Below are positions 63,000-64,000 of a DNA stretch of 64,000 bases, piece after piece. The DNA comes from Callorhinchus milii (taxonomy: Eukaryota). Position 1 is the first letter of the stretch; each line of letters starts with the position of its first letter. Location of the stretch: positions 108,688,001 to 108,752,000 of the forward strand of contig NW_024704743.1 of NCBI RefSeq assembly GCF_018977255.1. Direction: 5' to 3'. The translations under genes and the position numbers were made by a program. Under the pieces are notes generated by a model. That model worked only from the letters and a program-made list of their open reading frames with translations, searched no databases and was not told the DNA's origin.

Positions 63000-63421
63000 T
63001 TCAGCCTAGCTCAGCTGGTAGCACTTTTACCTCTGGGTCAGAAGCTTGTGGGTTCAAGCCTCATGTTGGGACTTTGAACTCACAGCTTCGGCTGACTCCA
63101 GTGCAGTGTTATAAGATGTATCAACCTTCAGATGAGACATTAAACCAAGATCCTGTCGGCCTAGTCAGGTAAACGTTAAAGATCCCACAACAAGATCCCA
63201 CGACATTACTCAAAAACAGAAGGAGTTTCCCCAAAATTCTAGACCAACAATTCCCCAGAATAAAATTGGTAATTCACTTCATGGATGTTTGTGGGACATT
63301 GCTCATGCAAATTGGCTGCTATGTTCCCCTACAAAATAGTAATTACTCTTTACAATAAAATCCTGTGAAGCATTTGAGACATTTTGAGGATGTGATAAAT
63401 CAAATGCAAGGATTGTTATTA
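63000..63421 (+). mobile_element. Older Deu-like SINE
   Basis: tagctcagctggtagc...gggttcaagcc head, gatgagacattaaacc...gttaaagatccc core, caaatgcaaggatt tail. Confidence 0.7.
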
Positions 63422-64000
63422 CATACAAATTGTCATTGATGTTACAATAGGAATGTAAAGGGGTAATGGATATATTTCTGCCAACTAATATTGCCTTACA
63501 AAGAGAATCTAGAGCAATGTTTCATGCTTGTCCATAAATTCTGGATTTACATTTGAATTGAACACTTTAAAAGCTGTAATGGAAAGATGGAAGGGTGGAT
63601 ATTTTAAAAGAATGAAATCAAATGGGTGAAGCGTGTTCTTCATTCTTACTTCTCTTGTGATGTGATCTCGTGGGGCCTGTTGTCAATATATTCACATGTG
63701 ACAGATTCTCCAGATAGCTGGTTTGCTTCATTCTCAACAGTCCACATCCATCCATCCCCAATCCCCAAGCAGAGCACTGATCTAACATAGTAAACACACA
63801 CCATACTGGGTTTGTGGCACAATGTCCAGTCCACCCCAACATGTAGTATCAGAATGATGCAAGCACTTGTTTTGGCACACACCTTCCAACAGGTATTAAA
63901 CATAATTTCAATTGCTTTGGCTTTAATCTACTGCTATAGATTAAGGTCGGATCAGAGAATAAATTATTTCTGCAGTAAAGTATGCCATGTAGTTCCTCAG

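Overview
This is AT-rich, repeat-dense vertebrate genomic DNA, most likely from a cartilaginous fish. That assignment is inferred from the repeat set (tRNA-head SINEs with L2-type tails, Deu-domain-like SINEs, L2 and CR1 LINEs) and is not proven. The only well-supported host gene is a minus-strand CYP7B1 (oxysterol 7-alpha-hydroxylase). Five coding exons (exons 2-6: 28076-28209, 21632-22225, 19603-19809, 11849-12027, 2969-3271) splice in frame through GT-AG junctions into about 471 codons. They carry the GEPP hinge, the I-helix WAAVGNT, ExxR, FDRF and the heme motif [10 protein letters not shown]. No exon encoding the N-terminal membrane anchor was found, so 28.2-64 kb is probably a long intron 1. 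The rest of the window holds L2 and CR1 LINEs (one near-full-length L2 and one CR1 with a 602-aa open stretch), many SINEs sharing a 3' stem-loop with L2, a palindromic MITE-like family, a long (GATA)n tract, multi-level nested insertions, and several unique segments rich in developmental transcription-factor motifs. I found no convincing novel protein-coding system. The most notable signals are the covarying SINE/LINE stem-loop, the palindromic elements, two phase-compatible candidate alternative exons, and the enhancer-like segments. Repeat boundaries are approximate.
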